Shown: positions 6,262 to 15,422 of the stretch, one piece after another | Layout: each line of letters begins with the position of its first letter | How positions within the stretch are numbered: position 1 is the first letter of the stretch | Origin: Minisyncoccota bacterium | GTDB lineage: Bacteria > Patescibacteriota > Minisyncoccia > Phycocordibacterales > CAJBRS01 | Assembly: GCA_017881075.1 (NCBI GenBank) | Contig: JADGRH010000001.1 | Coordinates: forward strand, 1 to 57,638 | DNA: 57,638 nucleotides | Direction of reading: 5' to 3' | The notes under the pieces: model-generated | Seen by the model: the letters and a program-made list of their open reading frames with translations, nothing else | What the model was told of the DNA's origin: nothing | Databases searched by the model: none | Program-made: the position numbers and the translations under genes

Positions 6262-7771
6262 ATCCAGCCATTACTATAAAGAAAAGCTAAAGAGATTAGC
6301 TGATCATGATTTACGGCTATATGACCGGAAGATTCCAACTGATGTTAAAGATATTAAAAAAATCCATTTAATCGGTGTCTGTGGCACAGCTATGGGGTCT
6401 TTAGCCGGCCTCCTAAAGGAGGCCGGCTATGAAGTCTCCGGCTCTGACGAAGCCTGCTATCCTCCGATGGATAAGCAGATCGCCGAACTCGGTATCAGGT
6501 TTTTTGAAGGATTTAGAGCGGAAAATGTTGTAGGAGCCGATTTGGTAGTAGTCGGTAATTTCTCTGGGCCGAATAATCCGGAGACAGCATTTGCTAGAGA
6601 TCAGAAGTTAAAGACTCTTTCATTACCGGAAGCTTTCTCGCTATTTTTTATTTCACCCCGCCACGGCGGGGCAGGTAAGACATCGCTCGTCGTTGCCGGC
6701 ACTCACGGTAAGACTACCACGACCGGTCTTCTAGCTCATGTTTTTCAATCAGCAGGGGAAGATCCGACCTACCTCATCGGAGGAGTGACGGAGAATGAGC
6801 ACCATAGTTTTCGTTCGGGTGATGGCCAGTTTGTCATTATGGAAGGAGATGAGTATGATAGCGCTTATTTCGATAAGAGTCCGAAATTTCTGCATTATCG
6901 ACCAAATAGTGCCATCATCACCTCTCTTGAGTTTGATCATATTGATATTTATGATGACCTGAAAGATTACACCCAAGCTTTTAAATTCTTAGCAGAGGAA
7001 ATTCCGGAAGAGGGAAATCTTATTTTGTGGGGAGATGATCAGAATGTCAGAAATCTGGGCGATGTGGCAAAAAGTAACATTTATTTTTACGGATTGAAAG
7101 AAGACAACGACATTTCGGCCAGAGATATCAAAGTCGATAAAGACGGTCAGAATTTTACTTTGGTGGTAAAGGGAAAGGAGATTGGTGAGCTTCGGACGAC
7201 ACTGCATGGCAATCACAACCTTTTGAATACTTTGGCCGTTTGCGCCATAGCCATCGCAAACGGTATTTCTTTTGAGAAATTGAAGGAAGGACTAGCAACA
7301 TTTAAAGGAATGAAAAGGAGGCAGGAAATAGTGGGAGAAGTGCGAGGCATCACAATGATTGACGATTTTGCCCATCACCCCACGGCAGTGAGAGAAACGA
7401 TCGCGGCCATTAAAGAGAAATTTTCGGAGAGGCGGATAGTGGCCTTTTTTGAGCCGCGATCAAACACCAGCCGCCGTAAAATTTTTGAAGATGATTATGG
7501 CAAGGCTTTTGACGGGGCATCCAAAGTGTATTTGTCAGTGCCGCCTCTTCGACATAATGATACCCGCGAGGATTTTATAGATGAAGAAAAGGTGGGCGCG
7601 ACTATCAACGGTCGCGCCCGCAATCCAGAAAAGGCTCATTACTACTCCAACGCCGATTCGTTGCTCGAAGCAGCCCTTCCCGAATTGAAAGAAGGAGATG
7701 TGGTTTTGATCATGTCCAACGGTGCGTTTGGGGGGATACAGCAGAAATTACTTTTGAAATTGACATCCTAA
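6251..7771 (+). CDS. mpl: UDP-N-acetylmuramate:L-Ala-gamma-D-Glu-meso-DAP ligase (Mpl) / Mur ligase family
   Basis: IHLIGVCGTAMGSLAGLLKEAGYEVSGSD..YPPM is the Mpl-type N-terminus. The Mur ligase P-loop AGTHGKTTTT and DDFAHHP are present. The true start may be downstream of 6251. Confidence 0.75.
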   Translation: MRAESSHYYKEKLKRLADHDLRLYDRKIPTDVKDIKKIHLIGVCGTAMGSLAGLLKEAGYEVSGSDEACYPPMDKQIAELGIRFFEGFRAENVVGADLVVVGNFSGPNNPETAFARDQKLKTLSLPEAFSLFFISPRHGGAGKTSLVVAGTHGKTTTTGLLAHVFQSAGEDPTYLIGGVTENEHHSFRSGDGQFVIMEGDEYDSAYFDKSPKFLHYRPNSAIITSLEFDHIDIYDDLKDYTQAFKFLAEEIPEEGNLILWGDDQNVRNLGDVAKSNIYFYGLKEDNDISARDIKVDKDGQNFTLVVKGKEIGELRTTLHGNHNLLNTLAVCAIAIANGISFEKLKEGLATFKGMKRRQEIVGEVRGITMIDDFAHHPTAVRETIAAIKEKFSERRIVAFFEPRSNTSRRKIFEDDYGKAFDGASKVYLSVPPLRHNDTREDFIDEEKVGATINGRARNPEKAHYYSNADSLLEAALPELKEGDVVLIMSNGAFGGIQQKLLLKLTS

Positions 7772-7806
7772 TAGACATCTGATATAAGTGCTATTAGAAA
7801 GCGAGA

Positions 7807-8589
7807 TTGAAAAACTATATGAAAGTTGATTTTGATGATTTCACCTATCAGATACTAAGGCCGAGTGAGACAGAGGAAACACTTTTTACGACAGCTCAAC
7901 TGGTTCATATTCTTCTGCAATTTGCAGAGAACGACGTTACTCCTGAGAAACTGGATCGATTCATAGAAAGGGGGTTATTCGAAGATGTGGTGGAGGCAAT
8001 TGGCCAAATCGATCTTTCTTATGATCCTAAGAAAGTCAGTCGCAGAACACTACGCCAAATTTTTAATTTGAGTAGACTTTCTCCGATTGATAAGGATATG
8101 GAACCGAAGGGATCGTTACCACGACCCAAAATAATCTACAAAGATTATGTAGTGAGAATCAACTACGATCGGTCGCTAGTCTCCATGATACGATCTGCAA
8201 AACCTGTTACGGTGGATGAAGATATCACCAAGAAACGTTTTCCCAAATATAACTCGGGAATTGTTGACGAGAAACTTCGACTGGTCAGCATGGATGATAG
8301 GGAGTCTGATGTTACGGATTGTATCGGATTACTCGATATCATGAGTAAGATGGACGGCAACGGTTACAGCCCGGCTTCTATCCAACAACTGCTGGCCATT
8401 GTCTCCGAACGTTCAGATGTCGCACACGAAACCTTTTATGCTCTGGGGTGTAATGATCATCCAGATGGACGGGTGCCGGTATGGAATCTTGCCGGCAGAG
8501 AAGGAACAAGGAAAGAGCTGGTACTTAAACCCAAAGAGGATCATCTTCTCAGAATTGGCGCTCTCCTTTTCGTCAAACGTCAAGGATAA
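7807..8589 (+). CDS. Hypothetical protein; its C-terminal half is paralogous to the DGR variable protein at 33506..34075
   Basis: By-eye alignment to the DGR target: DEDITKKRFP vs DDITTKRFP, GYSPASIQQLL vs GYRPATIEELL, ALGC vs ALGS, GRVPVW vs RGVPYL, LLFVKRQ vs FAFVRK. Confidence 0.5.
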   Translation: MKNYMKVDFDDFTYQILRPSETEETLFTTAQLVHILLQFAENDVTPEKLDRFIERGLFEDVVEAIGQIDLSYDPKKVSRRTLRQIFNLSRLSPIDKDMEPKGSLPRPKIIYKDYVVRINYDRSLVSMIRSAKPVTVDEDITKKRFPKYNSGIVDEKLRLVSMDDRESDVTDCIGLLDIMSKMDGNGYSPASIQQLLAIVSERSDVAHETFYALGCNDHPDGRVPVWNLAGREGTRKELVLKPKEDHLLRIGALLFVKRQG

Positions 8590-8645
8590 CGCATACGGCG
8601 ACTCAGCAATGGGTCGCATTTTATTTTTTATGGTATTCTAATTTT

Positions 8646-9347
8646 ATGAATTTTTATGTTGTCGCTACCCCAATAGGGAATTTAGAAGATATCACTCTTC
8701 GGGCTTTGCGCATTTTAAAGGAGGTGGATCTTATTCTCTGTGAAGACACGCGGGTGACGAGTAGACTTTTGGTTAAATATGAGATTGGTACGGCGACGAT
8801 ATCGTACCCTTCGGATTCCCTCAGGGCAGGTCATTCACCAGCCAAAAGCTCCAAGATTGACAAGATACTTGACATGATTGAGTCGGGAAAAACTCTAGCT
8901 CTTGTTTCGGACGCTGGTACTCCCACCATTTCTGACCCCGGAAGTTTACTTGTATCAAAAATTCGAGAAAGTTTTCCGGATATTAAGATAATTAGCATCC
9001 CTGGACCGAGTGCTGTTGTCTCGGCCCTCGCCGCTTCCGGTCTCCCAGCATCCGACTTTCTTTTTCTCGGATTCTTGCCTCACAAAAAAGGTAGGGAAAC
9101 ATTATTCAAAGAAATCGCCACATCAAAGCGAACGGTGGTATTTTATGAATCTTCGCATCGCATTTTAAAGACTTTAGAAGCGCTCGGCCGGCATCTTTCG
9201 ACCGAGCGCCAAGTAGTCATCGCTCGCGAACTGACTAAAATCTATGAAGAAGTCATCTCCGGCACTCCATCTGAGGTCCTAAATTACTTCGAACAAAACA
9301 CCGAAAAAGTGAAAGGCGAATTTGTGGTGATGGTAAAAGGGAAATGA
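8646..9347 (+). CDS. rsmI: 16S rRNA (cytidine1402-2'-O)-methyltransferase RsmI
   Basis: FYVVATPIGNLEDITLRALRILKEVDLILCEDTR and ALVSDAGTPTISDPG are tetrapyrrole-methylase-fold RsmI signatures. Confidence 0.85.
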   Translation: MNFYVVATPIGNLEDITLRALRILKEVDLILCEDTRVTSRLLVKYEIGTATISYPSDSLRAGHSPAKSSKIDKILDMIESGKTLALVSDAGTPTISDPGSLLVSKIRESFPDIKIISIPGPSAVVSALAASGLPASDFLFLGFLPHKKGRETLFKEIATSKRTVVFYESSHRILKTLEALGRHLSTERQVVIARELTKIYEEVISGTPSEVLNYFEQNTEKVKGEFVVMVKGK

Positions 9348-9353
9348 TATAAT
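9345..9353 (+). promoter_or_regulatory. Extended -10 box TGaTATAAT, 6 nt upstream of the ATG at 9360
   Basis: TGATATAAT, then acctcc, then ATG. The box overlaps the rsmI stop codon. Confidence 0.4.
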
Positions 9354-9359
9354 ACCTCC

Positions 9360-9593
9360 ATGAATAAACACGCCGCAAATCTAACGCTTGCAATTCTCAT
9401 TATCATCATCCCACTCCTCGGCTTTCCGGGCACATGGAAGTCATTTTTTGTCATAATCCTTGCTCTAGCCTCGGGCATCATTTCCTTTAGATTGTATCGA
9501 CAGGATCTGACCAAGAATCTAAAGCTGAAGAACGAGTCAAAATCAACCACCTACGTTGATAACCTTAACGAAAAGGATTTCATAAATCATTAG
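9360..9593 (+). CDS. Small membrane protein (77 aa), hypothetical
   Basis: Two predicted TM helices (LAILIIIIPLLGF, FFVIILALASGIISF). Confidence 0.45.
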   Translation: MNKHAANLTLAILIIIIPLLGFPGTWKSFFVIILALASGIISFRLYRQDLTKNLKLKNESKSTTYVDNLNEKDFINH

Positions 9594-10786
9594 TGGCAAG
9601 GAAAAAAGCTAAAAAGACAGTTTTTGGATTCGGAACATTTATTCTTATTCTGATTTTATTTATTGCTCTTTATTATTTCCTACCCAATTTTTTTCCAACT
9701 ACCTATAGCAGCGCAAATGAAAAAGCGACAGTGGCCGCAGCAAATCAGGTTAAGGCTGTTACTGAAGCGAAGGTAATGCCGGTAGTTGCCAGCCACCTTG
9801 ATACTCCGAGCCAGGTGAAAGGTCTCTATATGTCCAGTTGGGTAGCAGGCACTCCAAGTTTCCGTCAGAAGTTGATTAATTTAATAGACACCACCGAACT
9901 GAATGCCGTTGTTATTGATATCAAAGACTCAACCGGAGTGATCGCCTTTCCGGTAAATGATCCGGAATTGAAAAAATATGCCTCCGACTCTACCCGAATT
10001 AGCGATATTGATTCTTTCATCGCCACCCTTCATCAGAAAGGAATCTATGTTATCGGCAGAGTGTCTACATTTCAAGATCCAGAGATGGTGAAAAGTCACC
10101 CCGAGCTCGCGGTAAAACGCGCAAGTGATGGCGGTATCTGGAAGGATCGCAAGGGTATTAGTTGGATAGACGCCGGGGCGAAGGCAAACTGGGATTACTT
10201 GGTGCTTATCGGTAAAGAAGCATACAGTCGTGGTTTTGATGAAATTAATTACGATTATATTCGCTATCCGACTGATGGAAATATGAAAGACATTTCATAT
10301 CCATTCAGCAACGGAAAAGTGAAGCATCAAGTCATCAGTGAGTTTTTTGCTTATGTCGCTAAAGGTCTTAAACCAACAGGAGCAAAAGTTTCGGCAGATC
10401 TTTTCGGTCTCACTACAGTGGCGACGGATGATGTGGGAATCGGACAAGTGCTGGAAGATGCTCTGGCTTCTTTCGATTACGTTGCCCCGATGGTCTATCC
10501 GTCTCATTTTTACCCCGGCACTGACGGATACAAAAATCCGGCAGACTATCCATATGAAATAGTCAAATATTCAATGTCCGGAGGAGTGGCCAAGGCGGAA
10601 ACGGCCTCAAGCTCGCCTTCCAAACTTCGTCCATGGCTTCAGGCTTTTGATTTGGGGGCCACTTACACTCCGGCCATGATTCGGAGCCAAATTCAAGCCA
10701 CTTACGATGTCGGCCTTAATTCCTGGATGCTTTGGGATGCGGCCAATAAGTACACGGCGGCGGCAAGTGCTTTGAATAAGCAGTAG
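9593..10786 (+). CDS. Putative glycoside hydrolase-like TIM-barrel protein (GHL/DUF4015-like), membrane-anchored
   Basis: N-terminal TM anchor. GFDEINYDYIRYP and the overall pattern match the putative glycosyl hydrolase domain family. GTG start overlaps the upstream stop. Confidence 0.55.
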   Translation: MARKKAKKTVFGFGTFILILILFIALYYFLPNFFPTTYSSANEKATVAAANQVKAVTEAKVMPVVASHLDTPSQVKGLYMSSWVAGTPSFRQKLINLIDTTELNAVVIDIKDSTGVIAFPVNDPELKKYASDSTRISDIDSFIATLHQKGIYVIGRVSTFQDPEMVKSHPELAVKRASDGGIWKDRKGISWIDAGAKANWDYLVLIGKEAYSRGFDEINYDYIRYPTDGNMKDISYPFSNGKVKHQVISEFFAYVAKGLKPTGAKVSADLFGLTTVATDDVGIGQVLEDALASFDYVAPMVYPSHFYPGTDGYKNPADYPYEIVKYSMSGGVAKAETASSSPSKLRPWLQAFDLGATYTPAMIRSQIQATYDVGLNSWMLWDAANKYTAAASALNKQ

Positions 10787-10969
10787 GGAAGACTATAATA
10801 CAGATATTACCCGTGTCCCCCGTATCGCTCCTGCCCGACTTTCCTCCTCTGCTGACTCGGAAGAGTCGTTCACGAGCTCTGCGGGAACAGCCTGGACCAT
10901 TGGGTATTGCAAAGTGTTTATGTGGTGGCGGGGATAAACTTTTTAATTTAATTCGGCTCCTTAGATAAA

Positions 10970-12820
10970 ATGCACGACGACAATAAAATAACTTATTTTG
11001 CCGAGACTGATTCCCGAAACAAACGGGTTAAGTTTGGCATAAAAAGAGACGACCGCTCCCGCCATACCTACGTCATTGGTAAGACAGGCATGGGCAAATC
11101 CACCATGCTTGAGAACATGGCCATTCAGGATATTAAGAATGGTGAAGGTCTGGCATTCATTGATCCTCACGGCAAGACGGCCGAAATGCTTCTTGATTAT
11201 GTGCCGGAGCATCGCATCAAAGATGTTTTGTATTTTGCCCCTTTTGACACCGATTACCCAATCTCTTTCAACGTCATGGAAGATGTCGGGCCAAACAAGC
11301 GGCATCTAGTAGCCCACGGTTTGATGAGCGCCTTTAAAAAGATCTGGGTGGATGCCTGGTCGGCCAGAATGGAATATATTCTCAATAACATTCTGCTTGC
11401 CCTTTTGGAATATCCCGGCTCAACTCTTATTGGCGTCAATCGGATGCTTGCTGATAAAGAATACAGACGGAAAGTAGTGGAAAACATCACTGATCCATCG
11501 GTGCGCTCTTTCTGGTTGGATGAATACGCCAAATATACCGATCGTTTTGCCGCGGAGGCGGCGCCGGCCATTCAAAATAAGATCGGTCAATTCATTGCCA
11601 ACCCGCTTATTCGAAATATCATTGGTCAGCCGAAATCCACTTTTGATATCAGAAAAATGATGGATGAGCGGAAGATTTTGATTATTAATCTTTCCAAAGG
11701 AAGAATGGGGGAGACGAACGCAAACCTTTTGGGAAGTATGTTGATTACTAAGATCTATCTTGCGGCCATGAGTCGAGCTGATCAGAGCGAACATGAGCTT
11801 CGAGGATTGCCGAATTTTTATCTTTATGTTGATGAATTCCAAAACTTCGCTAATGAATCATTCGCCGACATTCTTTCGGAGGCCAGGAAATATAAATTAA
11901 ATCTTACCGTTGCTCATCAATACATTGAACAGATGTCGGAGGAAGTCCGGGCCGCTGTTTTCGGCAACGTTGGAACTATGGTCACTTTCAGGGTAGGGGC
12001 CTTTGATGCGGAAATTTTGGAGAAAGAGTTTGCTCCTCAATTTACGGCTGAAGATCTGGTTAGTTTAGGATTCGTGCAGATATATTTGAAGCTTATGATT
12101 GACGGCGTTTCCTCGCAACCATTTTCCGCTACCACCCTTCCACCAATTGAAAGGCCCATAGTTTCATTTAAAAAGGAGATTTTTGATAACTCTCGGAAAA
12201 CTTACGCTAATGATCGTCGGGAAGTGGAAGCAGCGATCAAACTCTGGCATGAGCAGGCTGGAGGTGGGGGTCAAGAAAGCAGGCTACCAACCGCCTCAAG
12301 TGGCTACTCCTCGCGTCCGCCGGCTGATTATAGAAAAACTCCTCATAAGCAATTAAGTCCAAATCCGATAAGACCACCGGGGGTCCAACTCCCGTCCACC
12401 CACGGAAGAAATTATCCACCTCCAAGAGACACAAGAGAAAATAGAGATAAGGTAGAAATCAAAGATAGGGCAATTGCTATAGAACGTGAAGCGGATGAAA
12501 CAGCATTACGAAAAGCAATGTCCCTTGATCATCTGAAACCAAAAGAAGAAGTAAAAAATGACAAAAAAACTCCGACCAAGGAAAACATTTCACAACTACG
12601 CGAGGCACTTTTGTCGGTGATGGGGGATGCTCTGAATCAAACATCCGAGACACCACCTGCGAGTAAGATTGAAGATGCTCCAATATTGTCACAAAAAAAA
12701 CCGGAAACAACTAATTCGGAAATAAAGAAACCGGAAAATCCACTACCAAAAAAAATATCAGACGAACAAAGAGAAGTGCCGGAAGAAGTTTTGAGGAGGA
12801 TCTTAGAGATTGATAAATAA
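10970..12820 (+). CDS. VirD4/TraG/TraD-like type IV coupling ATPase with a long disordered C-terminal tail
   Basis: Walker A GKTGMGKST and Walker B-like FYLYVDEFQNF, with TraD/TraG-type organisation. The last ~200 aa are Pro/Lys/Glu-rich and low-complexity. Confidence 0.6.
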   Translation: MHDDNKITYFAETDSRNKRVKFGIKRDDRSRHTYVIGKTGMGKSTMLENMAIQDIKNGEGLAFIDPHGKTAEMLLDYVPEHRIKDVLYFAPFDTDYPISFNVMEDVGPNKRHLVAHGLMSAFKKIWVDAWSARMEYILNNILLALLEYPGSTLIGVNRMLADKEYRRKVVENITDPSVRSFWLDEYAKYTDRFAAEAAPAIQNKIGQFIANPLIRNIIGQPKSTFDIRKMMDERKILIINLSKGRMGETNANLLGSMLITKIYLAAMSRADQSEHELRGLPNFYLYVDEFQNFANESFADILSEARKYKLNLTVAHQYIEQMSEEVRAAVFGNVGTMVTFRVGAFDAEILEKEFAPQFTAEDLVSLGFVQIYLKLMIDGVSSQPFSATTLPPIERPIVSFKKEIFDNSRKTYANDRREVEAAIKLWHEQAGGGGQESRLPTASSGYSSRPPADYRKTPHKQLSPNPIRPPGVQLPSTHGRNYPPPRDTRENRDKVEIKDRAIAIEREADETALRKAMSLDHLKPKEEVKNDKKTPTKENISQLREALLSVMGDALNQTSETPPASKIEDAPILSQKKPETTNSEIKKPENPLPKKISDEQREVPEEVLRRILEIDK

Positions 12821-12824
12821 AATG

Positions 12825-12858
12825 GGCCGGCGAGTGTGTCTGTTCTCGCCGGCCGCAG
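12825..12858. terminator. Bidirectional hairpin terminator between convergent genes
   Basis: GGCCGGCGAG-tgtgtctgtt-CTCGCCGGCC. Confidence 0.55.
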
Positions 12859-12860
12859 CC

Positions 12861-13742
12861 CTACAATCCATGATGAACGAGCATTAGTCCATCTCTTTCC
12901 TTATCGCCTCGGCGCTTTGAAAAGAATTTATATTGACCGTTTTCATCCACGTCGGCGAAGGTATCAATGCCATCTTCAGTAAAGATATTCTTAGCAGGAA
13001 CTCCTCTCCTAATCAGCTGACCCTTGGCCCGCATTTTTAGAGAGATTTGTCCAAAATCGGGTTCACCAATCAAGGCTTCTGGAGTTCGCTTCTGAATATA
13101 CTGAATGAGAGCTCGATTCCTTTCTCCGAATTCGGGATGACTCACTGGATGTTTAAAATTTATCGCTCCAATGCTGAAAATGACGGCACATTGAAGGTGT
13201 GGCCATTCCTCCTGATCAAAATGGGACAAACCTACATCGATCACGCTTTCATGCTGACGAAGTTCGCCATGAGGAAGCCCGGCTTCCTGCAAGGCTCTTT
13301 CCCAATCGCTTGAAGAAGCAAGGCCATAATGAGAAACAAAAAGCTTTCCACTTTTTGCCCCCCGCATGATTAAGAAGGCGCAATCGGCCAGAACCTGCCA
13401 GAATCCCATCCATGGAGGCAAAAGCATGGCATCAGCATTAGCTTCGGGTCCACGCCAGAGCTCCATCCCAAAGTATTCCTTTTTAGCTGAAGTGATCTTT
13501 TGGGTAAATTCCGGACTGTCCGGATAAAGACACTTCGCATTGGAAAGATGAGGGTCTGGTTGATAGATTTTCCGGACTCCAGCTCTCTGGGCGATCCAAA
13601 AAATCCTTTCAATGATCGGCCGCTGCTCTGCAGTACCCCGATTCCACCGATCTCTGACAGGACCGGTCGCCGCATTCATCGGAGTCCCACTGATAAAAGT
13701 CAGAACTTTTCCGCCAAAAAGCGGTAAGGGAAGTAATCTCAT
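12861..13742 (-). CDS. Possible YfiH/PgeF (DUF152, laccase-domain) family protein
   Basis: Weak motif resemblance: LADCAFLIM...VSHYG and C-terminal FFSKRRGDKERDG. It is preceded by an AAAGGAGGG SD-like sequence, which is unusual for this window. Confidence 0.35.
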   Translation of the reverse strand: MRLLPLPLFGGKVLTFISGTPMNAATGPVRDRWNRGTAEQRPIIERIFWIAQRAGVRKIYQPDPHLSNAKCLYPDSPEFTQKITSAKKEYFGMELWRGPEANADAMLLPPWMGFWQVLADCAFLIMRGAKSGKLFVSHYGLASSSDWERALQEAGLPHGELRQHESVIDVGLSHFDQEEWPHLQCAVIFSIGAINFKHPVSHPEFGERNRALIQYIQKRTPEALIGEPDFGQISLKMRAKGQLIRRGVPAKNIFTEDGIDTFADVDENGQYKFFSKRRGDKERDGLMLVHHGL

Positions 13743-13791
13743 TTTCCCTCCTTTCTATCTTGAGATTAGAGAAATTCGGGCAGATTGTCAA

Positions 13792-14571
13792 TCAAAAACC
13801 AATGGCGCGAGCAACGACTCGGAGGCAACCCTTAAGAAGAGCCATATAAAAATTAGGATAGGAACGACGATAGCGTTTTATGATAAAGAGCATTGTCCAG
13901 GCGCCCTTGATTTTCTTGGTGCCGGAGATGCCGTCGGAGTGAATGCGGTAGGCGGTGGTGGTCTCGGCCAGGTTGGCTAATTTTCCAACCTGGCCGAGTC
14001 GCAGCCAAAGATCATAATCTTCCCAAATGAAAAGGGAAGGATTATAGGCGCCCGCCTGAAGGGCGGGCGCCCTCCTAAACATTACACTGGAATGAGCGAA
14101 TTCATTTCGGAGGAGCAATTTTTGGCGAATATCTTTGTCAGAAATAAGAACGGGCACCTTTCTGATTGTCCGTCCACTTTCGTCGATTATTTCAAAATTA
14201 GTGCCGACTAAGACATGATTTTTATATTCTCTCAGAAACTTAATCTGTTTTGAGAGTTTTTCCGGATCAGTCCAAACATCATCACTATCCAAGATGGCAA
14301 CATATTCACCTTTAGCCATATTTAGTCCGATATTTCTATTTCTGGCAATGCCAAGATTTTCGGACTGTTTAAGGAAGTGCACTCGGGGATTGACTAAATA
14401 TGGAGTAATGACCGATTCGGAATTATCTCTAGAGCCGCCATCAATGATTAAAAGTTCCCAATTAGCAAAGTTTTGATCTAAAACACTTTCAATCGCCGCA
14501 CCAATATATTTGGCCCGATTATATGAGAGCATAATTATGCTAACCTCCGGATTTTTTAGATTTTCGTCCAT
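13792..14571 (-). CDS. Glycosyltransferase family 2
   Basis: VSIIMLSYNRAKYIGAAIESVLDQNFANWELLIIDGGSRDNS and a DSDD motif. Confidence 0.8.
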   Translation of the reverse strand: MDENLKNPEVSIIMLSYNRAKYIGAAIESVLDQNFANWELLIIDGGSRDNSESVITPYLVNPRVHFLKQSENLGIARNRNIGLNMAKGEYVAILDSDDVWTDPEKLSKQIKFLREYKNHVLVGTNFEIIDESGRTIRKVPVLISDKDIRQKLLLRNEFAHSSVMFRRAPALQAGAYNPSLFIWEDYDLWLRLGQVGKLANLAETTTAYRIHSDGISGTKKIKGAWTMLFIIKRYRRSYPNFYMALLKGCLRVVARAIGF

Positions 14572-15422
14572 GTTGGAGGGATTTCTTTATAATAATCACT
14601 GCCTGTTTTAGCCAGCCATTTTTCCGGAGCAATTACTATTTTGTTTGGATTTTTATTTAACCAAGCGCCCCACCAGCTGAAGCTGGAATTGGCAATTATA
14701 TTATTTTTACACAGACTCATCAGATAAACCTCTTCATGGAAGGGAATAGCAGGATTAGTAACATAGACATGCGGATCGCTAAATGGAATATTCTTTTTTA
14801 CCCATTCAATATCATCCGAAAAAACGAAGATTTTAATATTACCGACTTTATTTTTCATTATCTGAATTGCCCCACCGTAGTATTCCGTGGTCATTAATCC
14901 GTGATATTTAAGGGTGCCGGGGTCACTGGCAAAGTCTCCTCGCCGAACATGTAAAGAGACGCTTGTCTCAGAGGATTTTTGGATTTCACTAGCGATTGTC
15001 ACTCCAGCGGAGGAAAGTGGATCTTTTAAGCTAAAATCTTCAAGAATGATGTCTTTAATATCAATAAAATATTTTTCATTATGCCAATATCCGTCCACGT
15101 AAGCGTCTTGTTTTATCTCAAGGTATTTTGAATCAAAACCTATTTTTTGTCTTTTTAAAATCCAAAATTGATATGCTCGGCTGAATTTGGAAAATATGCC
15201 GAACGGATATTTTAGTTTCTTTACCTCTTTCTCTATAGCAAAAGTAGCCTTGATGTTAAAATGCCCAAGAGAATATTCTCGCGCCGCATTCTTTTGGAAA
15301 ACCTCTGGAGAGGCGCCGATGTCAAGTTTCAGTTCAGTTTTTTTCAATATGGACAATTTTCTGCCCATAGCATACTGGAACATTTGATTGCCGAGCCCCC
15401 CTTTTAATTTCACTATAATCAT
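14556..15422 (-). CDS. Alpha-1,2-fucosyltransferase-like glycosyltransferase (GT11)
   Basis: GGLGNQMFQYAMGRKL, SLHVRRGDF and NSSFSWWGAWLN are the GT11 motifs. Confidence 0.8.
   Translation of the reverse strand: MIIVKLKGGLGNQMFQYAMGRKLSILKKTELKLDIGASPEVFQKNAAREYSLGHFNIKATFAIEKEVKKLKYPFGIFSKFSRAYQFWILKRQKIGFDSKYLEIKQDAYVDGYWHNEKYFIDIKDIILEDFSLKDPLSSAGVTIASEIQKSSETSVSLHVRRGDFASDPGTLKYHGLMTTEYYGGAIQIMKNKVGNIKIFVFSDDIEWVKKNIPFSDPHVYVTNPAIPFHEEVYLMSLCKNNIIANSSFSWWGAWLNKNPNKIVIAPEKWLAKTGSDYYKEIPPTWTKI

Noticed and set aside
10800-10969. GC-richer untranslated segment containing a GACTC-GGAA-GAGTC tetraloop hairpin. Considered as SRP (4.5S) RNA.
   Set aside because: The SRP domain IV hallmarks are absent (the symmetric loop with AGCA on the 3' strand and the GGAAGCAGC context), and the flanks do not form the long SRP helix.
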